A DNA stretch of 64,000 nucleotides from Camelus dromedarius (taxonomy: Eukaryota). Both the position numbers and the translations under genes were made by a program. Shown piece by piece: positions 25,851-39,324 of this stretch. The first letter of the stretch is position 1. Each line of letters begins with the position of its first letter. Under the pieces are notes generated by a model. That model was not told the origin of the DNA. It saw only the letters and a program-made list of their open reading frames with translations, and did no database searches. The DNA lies in contig NC_087436.1 of NCBI RefSeq assembly GCF_036321535.1, forward strand, positions 71,054,001 through 71,118,000, read 5' to 3'.

Positions 25851-26925
25851 TGTAGAAGTATATATACATATATATATATACATATAAGAAGTTAGAGGAT
25901 AGTGAAAGACTTTGCATCTGCTGAAGCCCATGTATCTGCCCACCATTACTGGGGGAGCAAAGTACAGTTTCTGCTTCTCCTCCATTTTCCAGATCTCATG
26001 TCACTGCCTCTCATGGTTGATCTAGCCTAGAGCAGAGTACATTTCTTGATTTCCAGCCCTTGTTATCAGGGAAAGTATAGACAAGGGTGAGAATGGTGCT
26101 AATCCATTACTAGGCAAACTGACACAGTTGTTAAAGAGAATGAGCCACACTACTTGGGTTCAGATTCTGGTTCTACCACCTGCCAGTTGTGTGACCTTGG
26201 ACAGGCCACCTAACTTCTCTGTGACTTGGCTGTGCTAGCTATGAAATACAGAAAATCTCCCTTCCTCAAAGAAATGTTGAGAGTTAATGCACACACACTG
26301 TGTATAACCATACCTGGCATATAGTAAGTCTCCATGTGTTCAGGAACCATTATTATTAAAATGGAAATGTAGAATATGGTTTTTACCAAGATCCAAATAA
26401 AATGATTAGGCATCAATAATCTATTTGTAACTGTGTGGTACCTGAGGATTTTTGTTTTAGGTATTCCTTTGCACATGTGTCATAATAATTTAACATCTCT
26501 AGGTGTACTTTATGTTTAAAGCAACATATTCTAGAAGCTAGTGTAAGTGTAAATAGCAATGCTGTTAGGTAAGGGAGGCATCACTATCTGAAGACTCAGG
26601 GTAATACATTTTAATCATTATTTTTTACTTTTTCATGAAGCCCAAGGAACATTTTTTAATGTTTTTAGCACTTATTTCTTTTCTGGGTAAGATCACAAAT
26701 GTGTTTGTTTAAAATGTCCATCTTAGGAATCTTTAAATAATTAAAACAGCTTCAAAGTTTTGCTCTCTACCCATAAGGTAATGAAATAAAAACTAATGAT
26801 CTTACGATTTAAATTTATCTAGAATATTTCTCCAGAAACAGTGATTGCAAAGTAATCAATGACATATTTTATAAGCTGAGTTTATAGTTCCTTTATGTTT
26901 TAAATCCCTTTAAGAGTAAACATAC

Positions 26926-27441
26926 TGTAATAGATTGCCCCCCCCCCCAAAAAGTTGCAAGTCTTTATCCTTCCCTGTAACTATGCACTTCCCAAGTGAA
27001 CTTGTAGATTCTCTCATAAAGAGATGGAGACTTTCCCTACCCCCTGAATCTAGGCTGCGCTTGTGATTTTCTGTTAACAGGAAGATGGTATTCCAGGATT
27101 TGAGGCTTTGTGACCTGGACTCTTTCTTGCTCCTGTCTTTATCATGAGAACATGCCCATGCTCCAGCTAGCCCGCAGGATGTGACTTACAGAGACACCTG
27201 CAGGCAGGACTGACTCAGCCCAGCTGTCCCAGCTGAAGCCTCAGACACTTCAGAAAGCCCAGTTGATAACAGCAAAGCCAACCTATAGCTGTTCATAGAT
27301 GTGCGGGTGAGACTTACCATGCCCAGTTCAGATTAGCAGAATTTCCAATGGCCTTTAGAAGGAAAACAAAATTATTACAGGCCTCTAAAGTTGCATGGTT
27401 GTTTGTTACATAGCATTCTTGTAGTAATCGGTAAGTAGACA
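26926..27441 (+). mobile_element. MLT1-type (ERVL-MaLR) solo LTR
   Basis: Starts tgtaatagattgcccc and ends ggttgtttgttacatagc...taagtagaca, typical of MLT1. Confidence 0.65.
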
Positions 27442-28467
27442 TGACACAAAGATTAAAAAACTGAACAGTATGCATATTTAAATTCAAAAGATATTTTTGT
27501 TTAGCAAAATCAGGAAAGCAGCATTCCCATGCATTTGATTCTTTTTCTACATATACAATGCAAAGATTTCAAAAACCTATTTTAGGGAAAACTTGGAATA
27601 TTTGCTTTTATAACCAAAAGCATGCTTGAATTTCTTATTCTTCCAAGAATCTGTTGACACCACAAACAAGTCAAACGAACTTGTTCCTTCTTTAAATTTT
27701 ACACTCTACGTGCACTTGCTGCCTATGTTGAAATAAACAAGGCAATTTGAAGAAACAAATGGTTTCTCTTCAGTTTTGCTGTGCAGCAGGGAAGTCAGCC
27801 TCTAAAGAAATTGCTTTGAAGCAACTAAGTGTAAAAAATGTAAGTATTTTGGGAGGTGTGGAATAATCTGAAGATAAGTAAGAGAAAAGTTATGAGTGTA
27901 AAGGAATACAGTTCAAGCATTCAACATGAACATTTTCAAAACAAAATATTAGTTGACATAAATAAAAATAAAACCATCTGCTTGAGAAAGGTGACAGTGG
28001 TTATTTCTCAGTAACTCCACTTTCACTCAAGAGCGAGTGAAGTTTTCCAGCTGAGGGAAATAGGACATGGGAAAAATCTTTATGAGAAGAGGAGATTCAA
28101 CTTAGTTCAGGAAAATCTAGTCTTTTACCTACAATGTGCTAGTCACCCTACTAGGTGCTAAGGGTGCAGTCTTAGCCAAAGGAAATGACTGAATCTATGT
28201 GAAAAGAAGAATAAAAGCATAGGTAGGATCTGAGTCATAAAATTTGTCCATGTGATCAGAGAAAGAGTCAGGGAGAAGTAACTGACTGGGTCTCAATTTA
28301 TGTTTATATTTTACCAGATGGGGAAAAAGGGGGGCATAAAAAGGAACTGCATATACAAAGGCATGGAGATGTGGATAAGTGACTCACAATGGGAAAACTC
28401 CATCCACCAGGAGCATAGGCACTCGGGATGGAAGAGGATGGAGATAAAAGGTAATAGTGATAATGGG

Positions 28468-29000
28468 TATGTTAGCTATCTACTGCTGCAGACAAATTAT
28501 CTCAAAACTTAGTGGCTTAAGGCATTTATCTGACAGCTTCTGAGGGTCCGGAGCCGGGTATGCCATGTCCTCTGACTCCCAATCCCTCCCAAGCCGGCAG
28601 CAAAGGTCAGCACCAGAGCTGTGCCATCTGGCGGCACAGCAGGGGAAGAATCTGCTTCCAAGCCCACTCACAAGGGAGTTGGAAAGATCTAGTTTCTTGT
28701 GGGCTCTTGGCCCAAGGTCCCCCACCCCCCAGTTCCTTGCTGCTCTCTCTAGGCAGCTTACAACTTGTCAGCTTGCTTCATCAGAATAAGCAAGGAAGGG
28801 CCAGAGAAAGAGCGTGAGCAACATGGAAGTCACGGTCCTCTGTACCCTAATCTCAGAAGTGACTTCCGTGACTTTTGTCATATTCTATCCATTAAGAGCA
28901 AGTCATGAGGTCCGGCACCTATTTAAGGAAGACAGTGGGCAGATTACACAAGGGCATAGATACTAGGAGGCAGAGGTCCCCAGGAGCTACTTTAGAAACA
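28468..29000 (-). mobile_element. MLT1-type LTR
   Basis: Sequence gttagctatctactgctgc...caaaacttagtggcttaa...gattacacaagggcat. Confidence 0.7.
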
Positions 29001-29683
29001 GTAATTTCATCCATCAGGAGTACCGGTGCTCGAGAAGAAATGGGTGATAAGGAAAAATAAAATTGATGATATAGGCAAATTACGGAGGACATTTATCACC
29101 CCAGTGGAATGACAGAGTTTTCATAGGAGCGCTATACCGATCCCTGTGCTTGAGACTAAGAAATACTGATGCTCATCACTAGAGACATCTAGGAATAAAA
29201 GGGTGTCAGTGCCTCAGCAAAGGCTCACGGCTTGCAGACGAGCAGAGCACTCGCCCACAGCGGGGGGACTCTGGTTCCCTGCTCCTGCCCCACAGCTGTA
29301 CTGCTGCTGGAGAGACGCCCACAGCCTCGCCCCACTTGCCAGACACGAACAGGGACATGAGCAGGCAGATGACAGAGGGCAAGGCCAATTCATTTAAGGG
29401 TGTCAGTGGTCAGAGAGAGGAACCTAAAACAAAACCACCAGCACAGGCAACTCAGAGAAAAACAGCACTACTGGACATGACACAGACAATTTGCACAAAA
29501 ACAATATCAAGAACATTTAAAAAAAATTTAAGTCAGCATGTAAGAAAAGACTGCAAAAAAATCATTCTCTTGGAATTAAATCATTCTGTAGGCAAGTGAA
29601 AAGAGCTAATGGTAGTAACTGAGAATTGAATCTGTGACCCAGAACATCAAGTTAAAGAAATAGTTCACTAAAAAAAATCAGAG

Positions 29684-29827
29684 AGGAGGGTGTAGCTCAA
29701 AGTAGCAGAGCACAAGCTTAGCATGCACGGGGTCCTGGGTTCCATCCCCAGCACCTCCTCTAAAAAAAAGTAAATAAATAAATAAACCTAATTACCTCCC
29801 TCCCCTCCCCCCAAAAAACCTAAAAAT
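29684..29827 (+). mobile_element. tRNA-derived SINE (camelid Vic-1-like)
   Basis: Sequence ggagggtgtagctcaa...gcttagcatgcacggggtcctgggttccatccccagcacctcc has A/B boxes, followed by (taaa)n-cctaattacctccc. Flanked by ctaaaaaa(aa)tca repeats. Confidence 0.8.
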
Positions 29828-31859
29828 CTAAAAAATCAAAGGGATAAAATATGAGGGGAAAATAATGGATACCTAAAATGCAAATAGTATTATTCTAGAA
29901 GGATAAAAAGAATGGAGAAATAATAAGCAATTATTAAATAAATAAGAAAGAAATATGTCCTTGATCTGAAGAAAGCTGTCTTCCCCGACAACTTAAGAGG
30001 AATAAACATCCAATATTAATGATTTTAAAGAAACTGCTAGTCATGTGTTAACATAAATATTTAATTCTGACAAAAATGATTTCTCATCCTATAATAACAT
30101 AAATAATAAAAATTTACCAATTTACCCAAGGAGATAACACATTTTCCTCTAGTGCACTCCACTCCTGCCAACGTGGTCTATTTGCTCTTCACTGAACCCA
30201 TCCCACCACCCTTCACAGTCTCAATTCCTTCTGCTGGGGGCAGCCTCCCCCAAGTGATAGATGAACTCCGCAGTTTGTACTGGAGAACAAAACAGCGTGC
30301 TGTAATAATTACACAGAGACAGCAGCTGGATTCTGGAACCATCCCAAGCAAACCTAGTCCTAAGTTCGCCCTACCCAATCTCCAGAAGGCTCACCATTGC
30401 ACTGCCTTAAGAATCTGCTCAAGTCTCAGCTCATCAGCCAGCCCCCTGCTGACCATATGTGAAACAGCAATCACCACTACCCTGCAATTCCTACCCCCCT
30501 ACCCTGACTTAATATTTCGCCTTGCATATTATGCATTTACTTATTAATTATCTCTCCCCACCTCTGAGAGTATTTGGTTTACTGCTGTATCCCCAGTGTG
30601 TAGATCAGAGAGGGACACATGGCAGGCATTTAACAAATACACACAGAATGGATCAATTAACAAATGAGTATAAATGAACAAAGTAGAAAACTCAAGTAGA
30701 CCGATTTCATTGGAAGAAAGTTGGGTCTAGTTGACACAGCGTAGAGCAGTGGTTAAGTCTAAGTTTCTGGAATTTGACAGCCTCAGCTTCATGCATGACT
30801 CTTCCTTGATTGGCTGCATGTCTTTGGACACATACTATTTCATTTATTTTCAAATTTCCTCAGTTTTGACATTGGGATGATAAGTACAGCTTCTAACTAA
30901 TAAGGAACATCATAAGGACTGAGTGTCACAATAAGAGCAAAGCACATAGATCAGGGAGTGGCATAAAAGTACTCTATTATTTTTTTGCTCTTTTGAAGAA
31001 TAAATAATATCAAGGCTATTTAAGCTATTCTAATAAGGAAAGCAAAGAATAGCCTAACACTAATGCTATGACTTGTGAAGACTACCTAAATCTCACGTTT
31101 GACTAATCTCATTTACGACTACAGATTTTTTTTCTAGAAATCTGAAGATTATCTGTGTGTCAAAGGAACAAGGGAGTCTGACCTATAAAAGAACACCCTA
31201 TGAATACAAAGGTATTTAATAGTCAATTACCAAAATGAGTCATTATAGTAACACAACCAACAATTTTAAAAACTAATTTTATCATTGCATACTAAAAGGC
31301 ATTTCATAAAATTTGAGTCTTTCCTAATCAATGTGCTAAAAAATGAAGGAATAAATAAAAATTATGTAACTACAATAGTCTTCACCAAAGTCCAACTGAA
31401 AAAATTATAAGAAGTGGATTATTTAAGCCATTTTTATTAAAATAGGAATAAGGGACCACTGCAGGCGTTGTATCTATTATTCCACATGAAAGTTCCAAAG
31501 CATTTGCAGTAAGACAAGAAAATAAACAATGTTGATGAAAGACGTAATATAGTCAAAAAGCCTTTCCACAGATTGGAGGAAAAAAAACTTTTGGATTGGA
31601 AACCCCAACTTTTGGAGGTAGATATTTAATGTACAGAATATTTCTATAAATTAATAAAGAAATGACAATCAATTCAATAGAAATACTGCTTGAGATGTAA
31701 ATAGGTAGTTCACAGCAAAATTAATCTAAATAGGCAAACACCGTATGGAAATATGTTCAACCTAGCAATAAAGAACTAGAAATTAAATTAAAAATTAGGT
31801 AATACTTTTCATATAGCATATTGGTAAAGATCAGAAGGGGTGAACATACTCATTTCCCT

Positions 31860-32120
31860 TAATAACAGCTGACATTATGAAGCACTGATTACATGCTCAG
31901 TGCTGTTCTCATGCTTCACATATATGAACTCACTTATTCTTCATAACAAGTCGATGACTTAAGTGCTATTAGTACCATTCCCGTTTCACACCTGGTTAAT
32001 CTGAGGAACATGGAGTTTTAGTAATTTGCTCAAAGTCACAGTTAAAAAGTTGCAAAGCTAGAATGTGAACCCAAGCAGCCTGGCTCCAGAGACTGTGGCT
32101 TTAACCACTGTGTCAAACTG
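31860..32120 (-). mobile_element. MIR SINE
   Basis: Sequence aataacagctgacatt...tctgagg...tgaacccaagcagcctggctccagag. Confidence 0.7.
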
Positions 32121-32589
32121 CCTCACTGCTGTCAGCAGCAAAGCTAAGAGGCCTTCCTCATGTACTACTCATTGAAATGGGAATTAAGGACACTTTAGAG
32201 GGTAATCACACACTATCTATTGAAATCAAAATGATATGTATTCTTTGGCCCCACATTTTACTCCAAGGAATCCATTCCCTAGGAAAACACAACACAAGAA
32301 TGTAAGGATATGCATCCAAGACTGTGGATTACAACGTGTAGGTCTAAGGAACAGAGGTAAAGTCAACATGACAACAGAATGGTGATTGAAAAACCAATTG
32401 TATGCTTGTAATGGACCTTGTGATTGCTTCCTTAATATTCATATCCGTTTTCCTAGAAACAACTTTATTTTTATTTGGCAGTTTTCCCTGTCTATACCTC
32501 CCTTGATCCATGCCACTAGTCTATGCTCTTTGAAAGATGGTGACAGTTTTAAGCAGGAGATGTATAATTGAGGCCTCATCAGTACTATG

Positions 32590-32742
32590 AATTAGAACTT
32601 TCTGCAATGATGGAAATATCCAATATAGTAGCCAGCAGCCAGTAAGCTACTGAGTGCTTGAAATGCGGCTAGTGTGACTAACAAAATTAAATTATTTTAT
32701 TTAATTAAAGTAGCCACAAGTGGCTAGCGTCTACCATATTAG
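32590..32742. mobile_element. MER3-like hAT-Charlie MITE
   Basis: Sequence tagaactttctgcaatgatggaaat...tagccacaagtggctagcgtctaccatatt. Confidence 0.7.
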
Positions 32743-33199
32743 CTGATCAGTGTAATATCATCACCTGATATGAGCTCAAGGATCATCATATTACTGATTC
32801 AAATCAACGAGACTAATGGAGTTTTCCTGGGATCTTCTGGGAAAGAAGTTTTCTGTCTCTTTTGAGCAGATGCTTTTGATAAACCCTTTCTCCCTGGGTG
32901 TAGTTGTGAGGAGTGACTGAGAGCCACACTGGAAACGTGAAAGGTAGCCATCCTTAGAATAAGTAGACATGATGGAAGACACCTGCAGACAGACAGAAAC
33001 CAGTTTCTTTCTGATGCTAAGCTACTAAATAAAACCAACTCTGATGTTGCCCCTACTTCTGTATTTTCCAGTAACATATGCCTTAAATCTCTCTCAGTGT
33101 TAAACACAACTGAAATGGGTCTCGTCTTGGATTGGAGTGTATCTGCAACATGGAACAGCCTGTATCAATCAAAGTGCCGTTTATAGCTATTTCAGTTAA

Positions 33200-34582
33200 A
33201 CTGGAATTAGTTCTCAGAAATATTTTAAAGGCAAAAAAGATGCAGAACAGATTATATGATGTCACATTTAAGTGAATGATTCAAAAAAATCCCTGTAAGT
33301 GAGAGATTACAGACAAGCAAGGAGAGAGTCTAGAATGGTGTCTATGGTGATAGATTAGTGGAGACATCACTATGAATTCACATTTAGCTAAATACAGACA
33401 AACATGGTTACATGTAGAAACGTTTACAGACGTGTGTATACACAGGGGTTAGCGTGCGTATATGTAGCTCCTTGCTCCGACAGCTAAGAGGGCTTGGACC
33501 ATCTGTTCTTTCCCTTCCCCAGTAGCAATGAGTGCACCCAGGCCCAGCGCTTGGCTTCTAACACCATTCTCTAATAACCAGGGCTCCTCAGAGAAGAGGC
33601 TGATTATAGGCCTGGGGCAAGAAATCACACAAGGTGAGCCTGAAGCACCTCACCGTGCCAAAAGTAAGTACATGCCCCCCCATCCGAAAAAGGGCGGGGG
33701 GTACATATTATAGGAAATAACTTCAAGAGCTCCCAATGGCCAAAACTGAAATAATCGGGGCAAAAAAAATAAATGAGTCTGTATTGAATTATAACTCAAA
33801 ATATAAGACAGACACTTATGAGTCCATCTTAATAGAAACAAACAACTGAATAAATAAATAAACGGGAAAGAAGAGACAGCTTCCTCATGCAGGAGAGTTC
33901 CAAATGATTTATATAGCTAGCTACTTCAACTTCAAGGAGCTGGAGCATAAAGCCCTACTCCTTAAGAGTGGACTAAGCATGGTAACTTCCTTCCAAAGAG
34001 TACACTGTGAAAAGGGGACGGGGCAGAAAGGGTAACTTGATGGTGGAGAAACCTGAGCAACACTACCTCAGTCAGGTGATTAGAGTCAATGTCAAATGTG
34101 ATAGTCATACTAATGGTAGATGCCTTTGATGATGATGTGATGAGAATGACACTTTGTTTCTGTGGTTCATCCCCCAAGCCCATAACCCCAATTTAATCAT
34201 GAGAAAAACAGGACATAAACATCATTTTGAGGGACATTCTAAAAAGTACATGACCAGTACTGTTCAAAAATCTCGAGGTTATCAAAAACAATGAAAATCT
34301 GAAAAACTGTTACATCCAAGAGAGCCCTAAGGAAGTGTGACCGTTAACTATATTGTGGTATTGTGAGTGGGATTCTGGAACAGAAAAGGACATTAGGTAC
34401 AAACAAAGGAAATACGAATATTAGTTAAATAATAATGCATCAGTCTTGGTCCAGGAATTTTAACAAATGTACCATACTGATATAAAACATTAATAGGTAA
34501 AACTGAGTTTGGAGTAAATGGGAACTCTCTGCACTAACCTCTTAATTTTTCTGTAAATCTAAAACTATTCTAAAATAAAATG
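33200..34582 (+). mobile_element. L1MC-type 3' UTR region
   Basis: Ends ...gggaactctctgcactaac...ttttctgtaaatctaaaactattctaaaataaaa, the typical L1MC 3' terminus. Confidence 0.7.
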
Positions 34583-36403
34583 TTTATTTAAAACTTACAC
34601 ACAAACACACACACATATGTGTGTATGTTACTACAGAATCAAAGATGGAGAAAGTTTCGAAGTGACGCACAGTAGTCTCACACAGCAGGTAATAATGGTC
34701 GAGGGAGTGAGAATTGGGAAGGAAGTAGAGGAGAAAACTGTAGCCACACGTAAAATATCCAGTGCATAAACTAATCAGGGAGTGGAATACAAAATATATC
34801 AATGATACTGTAAATATGTAATCATTAAATACACTTGTGAATGAAAATAAAGTTTCACGAATAAATGACAATATTGATAAAATCTTAGGACGAGTCAAGG
34901 AGGTTTTCTTTTATTTCTGTTATTTTTATGCAGTACCTGTCGTAAAATATTAGAGGCAAATAATGTTGAAACTTGATGAGAAAAACATAATTCTGGACAT
35001 CCTCCACAGAAATTATGACTCAACAGATTTGTCGTTACTTCTCCAAGAATTTGCATTTTTTTTTTTACACAACCTCCCCACCCCAGTGTTTCTCATAAGC
35101 TAACATGTTTCAGAAACTTGAATGCAATACATGTCAAAACTGTTTGGCAATCTCACCCAGCAGAGGCTGTGGATTCATGGGGAAGAGCGCCGTTAACTGC
35201 TAAGATCAGAGGGTCATGCAGGAACTGACATTTCATCAAATTTTAAAGACTGAGTTGCAGCCTGTGGCTGTGAGAAAGAGCGCATCCTACAAAAGAGCAG
35301 ACAGCACAGCCAAGGCGGGGAGGAATGAATGAAATACTCTGTGTTTGGAAATAGCAAAAGGGCCACCGAGGCTAGAGGGCCTACGTCTAGAAAGATAGGC
35401 AAATGCCAAATGCAGCAAGTCATCAAATGCTTCTCTGTGAGACTTTTTCCTTCAGTTTATCACCAATTTATTTTTGTATTTTAAAGAATGAAATAACCTA
35501 ATTTCATCTATGTCTTGGAAAAAAAATACTCTGAAGAGACTGACTGCAAGAGGAAAGAAAATTGGGTAAAAGATCATTATTTTGTATATATATTTAGGAA
35601 AAGCTCATTATTTTATCTTCCTTATAACCAAACTGTTACATTCTAATAAAACTGATTTTACATATTCATTTATATTTCATTTTAAGAAAACTGCATACGA
35701 ACTACCCCCCGCACCAAGCACGTACCCCCAAAATGAATCTTAAGCATCAAATGTGTTAGACCAGATAAGAAGTCAAGATTCAGACTGAAAAGAAGCCATT
35801 GGCTTTGACTGTTAGGAAGTGGCCTTAGCAAGTACAGATACATTGAAAAGTGGAGACAGGAGCCAATATGACTAAAGACAGAAAGTAGTCTTTAGGAAAA
35901 TTGGTAAGTGAGTGCTAGACAAAAAGGCAGGCTTGAGAGTGATCAAGTCATTTTAGCATAAATACAACCTAATGTACCCAAGCCATGACAGAGGGAGAGT
36001 CATCCAGGGAAAAGGACCACTCATCACTCACTTTTGCTGCTCTCTTAGATGGTAGGTCCATGATGTAATCATAAACGGTAATTAAAGAAGCCGTATGCAC
36101 TGTCAGCAAAACATATTTAAAATGTCTGTTCAATGTTGCTGCCTACAGCAAACAGAATTTCAAGAAAGTGTAAATATTGCCCTTCTAATTACAAAGTAAT
36201 AAATTACCTAAGTGGAATCTTCTATTTTCTTCAAAATGAGAAAGTGTTTTCTCCACCCCCACGTTATCTAGTAATGACTTGCCCAGGTATGTAGGACAAA
36301 ATGTTTTTTAAAAATAATCATCTTTTTTATATGTCTCTAGGTTTCCATTATTCACCTCTATGTGCATCCTCATATTCATTCTATTTAAAAATACTCCTTT
36401 CCT

Positions 36404-36591
36404 ACAGACTCAGACATAGAAACAAACATATTCACCGAAGGGGAAAGGGGAGAGAGAGAAATTAGGAGTTTGAGATTAGCAGATACAAACTACTATATAT
36501 AAAATAGATAAACAAGGTCGCACTGTATAGCACTAGGAACGACATTCAACATCTTGTAATAAAGTATAATGGAAAAGAATCTGAAAAAGAA

Positions 36592-36641
<50 letters not shown>

Positions 36642-36718
36642 ATCTGAATCAATTTGCTGTAAACCAGAAATTAATACAACATTGTAAATCAACTATACTT
36701 CGATAAAAACATTTTTTT
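36404..36718 (+). mobile_element. 5'-truncated L1 3'UTR
   Basis: Similar to the other L1 3' ends in the window. Candidate TSD aaaaatactcctttcct / aaaaacacttcttccct. Confidence 0.8.
36601..36634. repeat. (AC)17 microsatellite within the L1 3'UTR
   Basis: Perfect AC run read directly. Confidence 0.95.
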
Positions 36719-38004
36719 AAAAACACTTCTTCCCTGAGTTCCTTTCTTCCGGCTTTTACCAATGTAACCCAGGTACTTGACACTGAATATATTATATTTC
36801 TGTTCGCAGCATAAACTACTATTAGGAAAACACCTGCTCCCTATATAACATATTATAGAAATACTTTGAGCACACCTACCACCTCTTCCAGGGGCTGTGG
36901 TGGGCCAGGTAAATGGACAATTTACTGCTAAATCTAATAAAAGGTAGAATTACATATAAAGAGAAGGAACATTCAACCACTCTCCTAATCACCACACTCA
37001 CATAACTGAGGTCTCTTGCGACCCTCTTTCCAAATGACCTTTAATGAGGGAGCACACAATTAACATTCTCTCCATGATTTCAGTCCTGGGGCAAATGAAG
37101 TTCTTTTAAAAGGAGGTAGAATATTAATTAGCACCCCTAAATGTCGTTCATCTTGCCAGTCTTTAACACTCAAGCTGGAAGTGCTGCGGAGCCTGATAGG
37201 CACCCACTTAAAACCTTCACTGCAGGAGCTCACTGCTCAGATGAGGGCTCCATCTGGAACCAGCATATCTCTTGGCACAGATGTGTCCTGATTTCTAAGG
37301 CAAACTCTCCCCGAGGCTTTAATTTTCACTTCATTTCGTTTGCCTGTTTTGCTATGGCAGTTTTTCACACATTTTAGCTCTTAGGAAGCCAGTATTAAAT
37401 GACGTATTCTTATAAAAAATAGATTTGCCTAGAGGATATTTCAGTCAGATAAAGTGAGCGTAAATTACGTTTAGTTTTCAATCTCAATTTCAATCTCTGG
37501 ATTTTAAAGGTCATTTATATTGTGTATATGTGTTGGGGTGATATGGTGGTGACATTTCCTCTTTTCTTTATAGAACCACTCTTGTATTAAAAACAAAAAG
37601 TGCATAAAACTTGGGAAAATAATGGTATCTGATCCTTATAAAAGTATAATTGATGTGTTGTCTCTTAATGTTTGTTCCATAGGACATGTCATAATTTATT
37701 AGACATAAATGATCATGTTTTAGTTTTTTGAAGTTCTTCCATAATGGGCTGTCTTATCCATCACTCAAACATAATTTTAAAAAGCATGCTTTTATTTCTT
37801 AATTGTAGCTAATTTGTAATGAAAGTTGATCATGTTGACTCACTGGCTGTATGCTTTATTTTAGAGTGAGAATTTGCATGCATAATACCACTAACAGGTT
37901 TTAAAACACTATCATCCAAACAGTAGTACATGAACGCATACAATATTTTTCCCCCCAGGAACTCAAGAAACAAAGGTAAATAAGATCGAATCATTTCTCT
38001 TCCA

Positions 38005-39323
38005 TTCTTTTTAAACATTTTGTCTTGAGTTAACTGTAGATTCACACACAGTTATTAGAAATAATACAGAGAGATACTGTTTACCAAGTGTCCCAAAATG
38101 TAACATCTTACATAACTATAGTATAAAACTGCAACCATTGGAATTGCTCAGATTTTACCAGTTTCATGTACTCTTCTGTGTGTTTACACATTTAGTTATA
38201 TGCAATTTTATAATATGTGCAGATTTGTTTGACCACCACAACTGTCAGAATACTGAACAACTTCATCACAAGGATCCCTCACGCTACCCATCCACAGCAA
38301 CAGCCACCTCCCACTCTCCAGCCTCCTTAAGCCCTGGAAACCACTAATATAGTCTCCATTTCTAGAATTTTGTGATCTCTAGAATGTTATATAAAAAAAT
38401 CACATAACATGAAAATTTTTGAGATTGATCTTTTCAGCTCAGCATAATTCTATTAAATTGCTTCTGCATATTTGTCAAAAAACAGTTGGACACCTTTGTG
38501 TGGGTCTGTTTCTGGGTTCTCTATTCTGTTCCACTGATGTATGTGTCTATCCCCACATTGATCTACACATTTATTGCATTTCTATCAAAATCTACACAAG
38601 GATTTTTTGTGGACATAGGCAACTTTATTCTAACCTTTACATGGAAAGGCACAGGGTCTAGAATAAAACAACTTTAAAAAGAAGGATAAAGTGGAAGGAA
38701 TCACTCTACTTGTTGCTTAGGCTTTCTATACAGCTACATTCATAAAGGCAACATGATGCTGGGACAAAAATTAACTTAAAATGGATCAGAGACCTAATGT
38801 CAAACTTCAACAATAAAAAAGACAAAAATAAGAGAAACTATTTGTTATCTGGGTTTGGAAAAGATAAAATTCATAAATTGGATTTGATAAAAACTGAGAA
38901 CTTCAGCTCTTCAAAAGCCTGACTGAACCCTTACTGATATACAACCTAACTAGGACATATAAAGGTGAAGGTTAATAACTGATTCAGTAGGTCTTAGCTG
39001 ACCTTCCACCACCCACTGCTGAAAAAATTTAGAGACGCCAAGAGTGCAGTGAACACCTGGAGAGGGTATTTTGTCGGAGAAAACTGGTGAAGGACAGATT
39101 GGGAGAAAATGTTTGCAAACCACACATCTGATAAATGAATTGCATCCAGACTATATTAAAAAATCTCGCAAAATTCAATATTAAGAAAACAAACAACCCA
39201 GGGAAAGCATGGCAAAAGATTTAAACAAACACCCACTAAAGATACATACATAGCAAATAAACACATGGAAACATGCTCACCACCATTATCATTAGGGAAA
39301 TGCAAATTAAAACCACACTGATG
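38005..39323. mobile_element. Old L1M fragments (antisense 3' end ~38005-38550; sense ORF2 pieces ~38550-39323)
   Basis: Recognisable L1 phrases, e.g. ggtctgtttctgggttctctattctgttccactg and gggaaatgcaaattaaaaccac. Confidence 0.7.
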
Positions 39324-39324
39324 T

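Larger units (their letters stand above)
21657..26125 (-). mobile_element. Decayed ERVL-class provirus: LTR (~21657-22088), integrase/RNase H/RT remnants (~22700-25120), partial second LTR-like piece (~25885-26125)
   Basis: Minus-strand translations: NYVSSSALFHNLAHRDLDH and GEQKLANTVDDLMRHMSIRG*EIIPMKIQEPANLMKFLG (RT, ~24890-25115), PFQKQFLACYSA*VETE (~24060-24110), and DSYYGFSF...LTECIIHFHGI (integrase, ~23240-23345). All resemble ERV-L Pol and carry many stops and frameshifts. Confidence 0.8.

Noticed and set aside
29684..29760. tRNA gene
   Set aside because: The cloverleaf is degenerate and it has a SINE tail and flanking repeats, so it is a tRNA-derived SINE.
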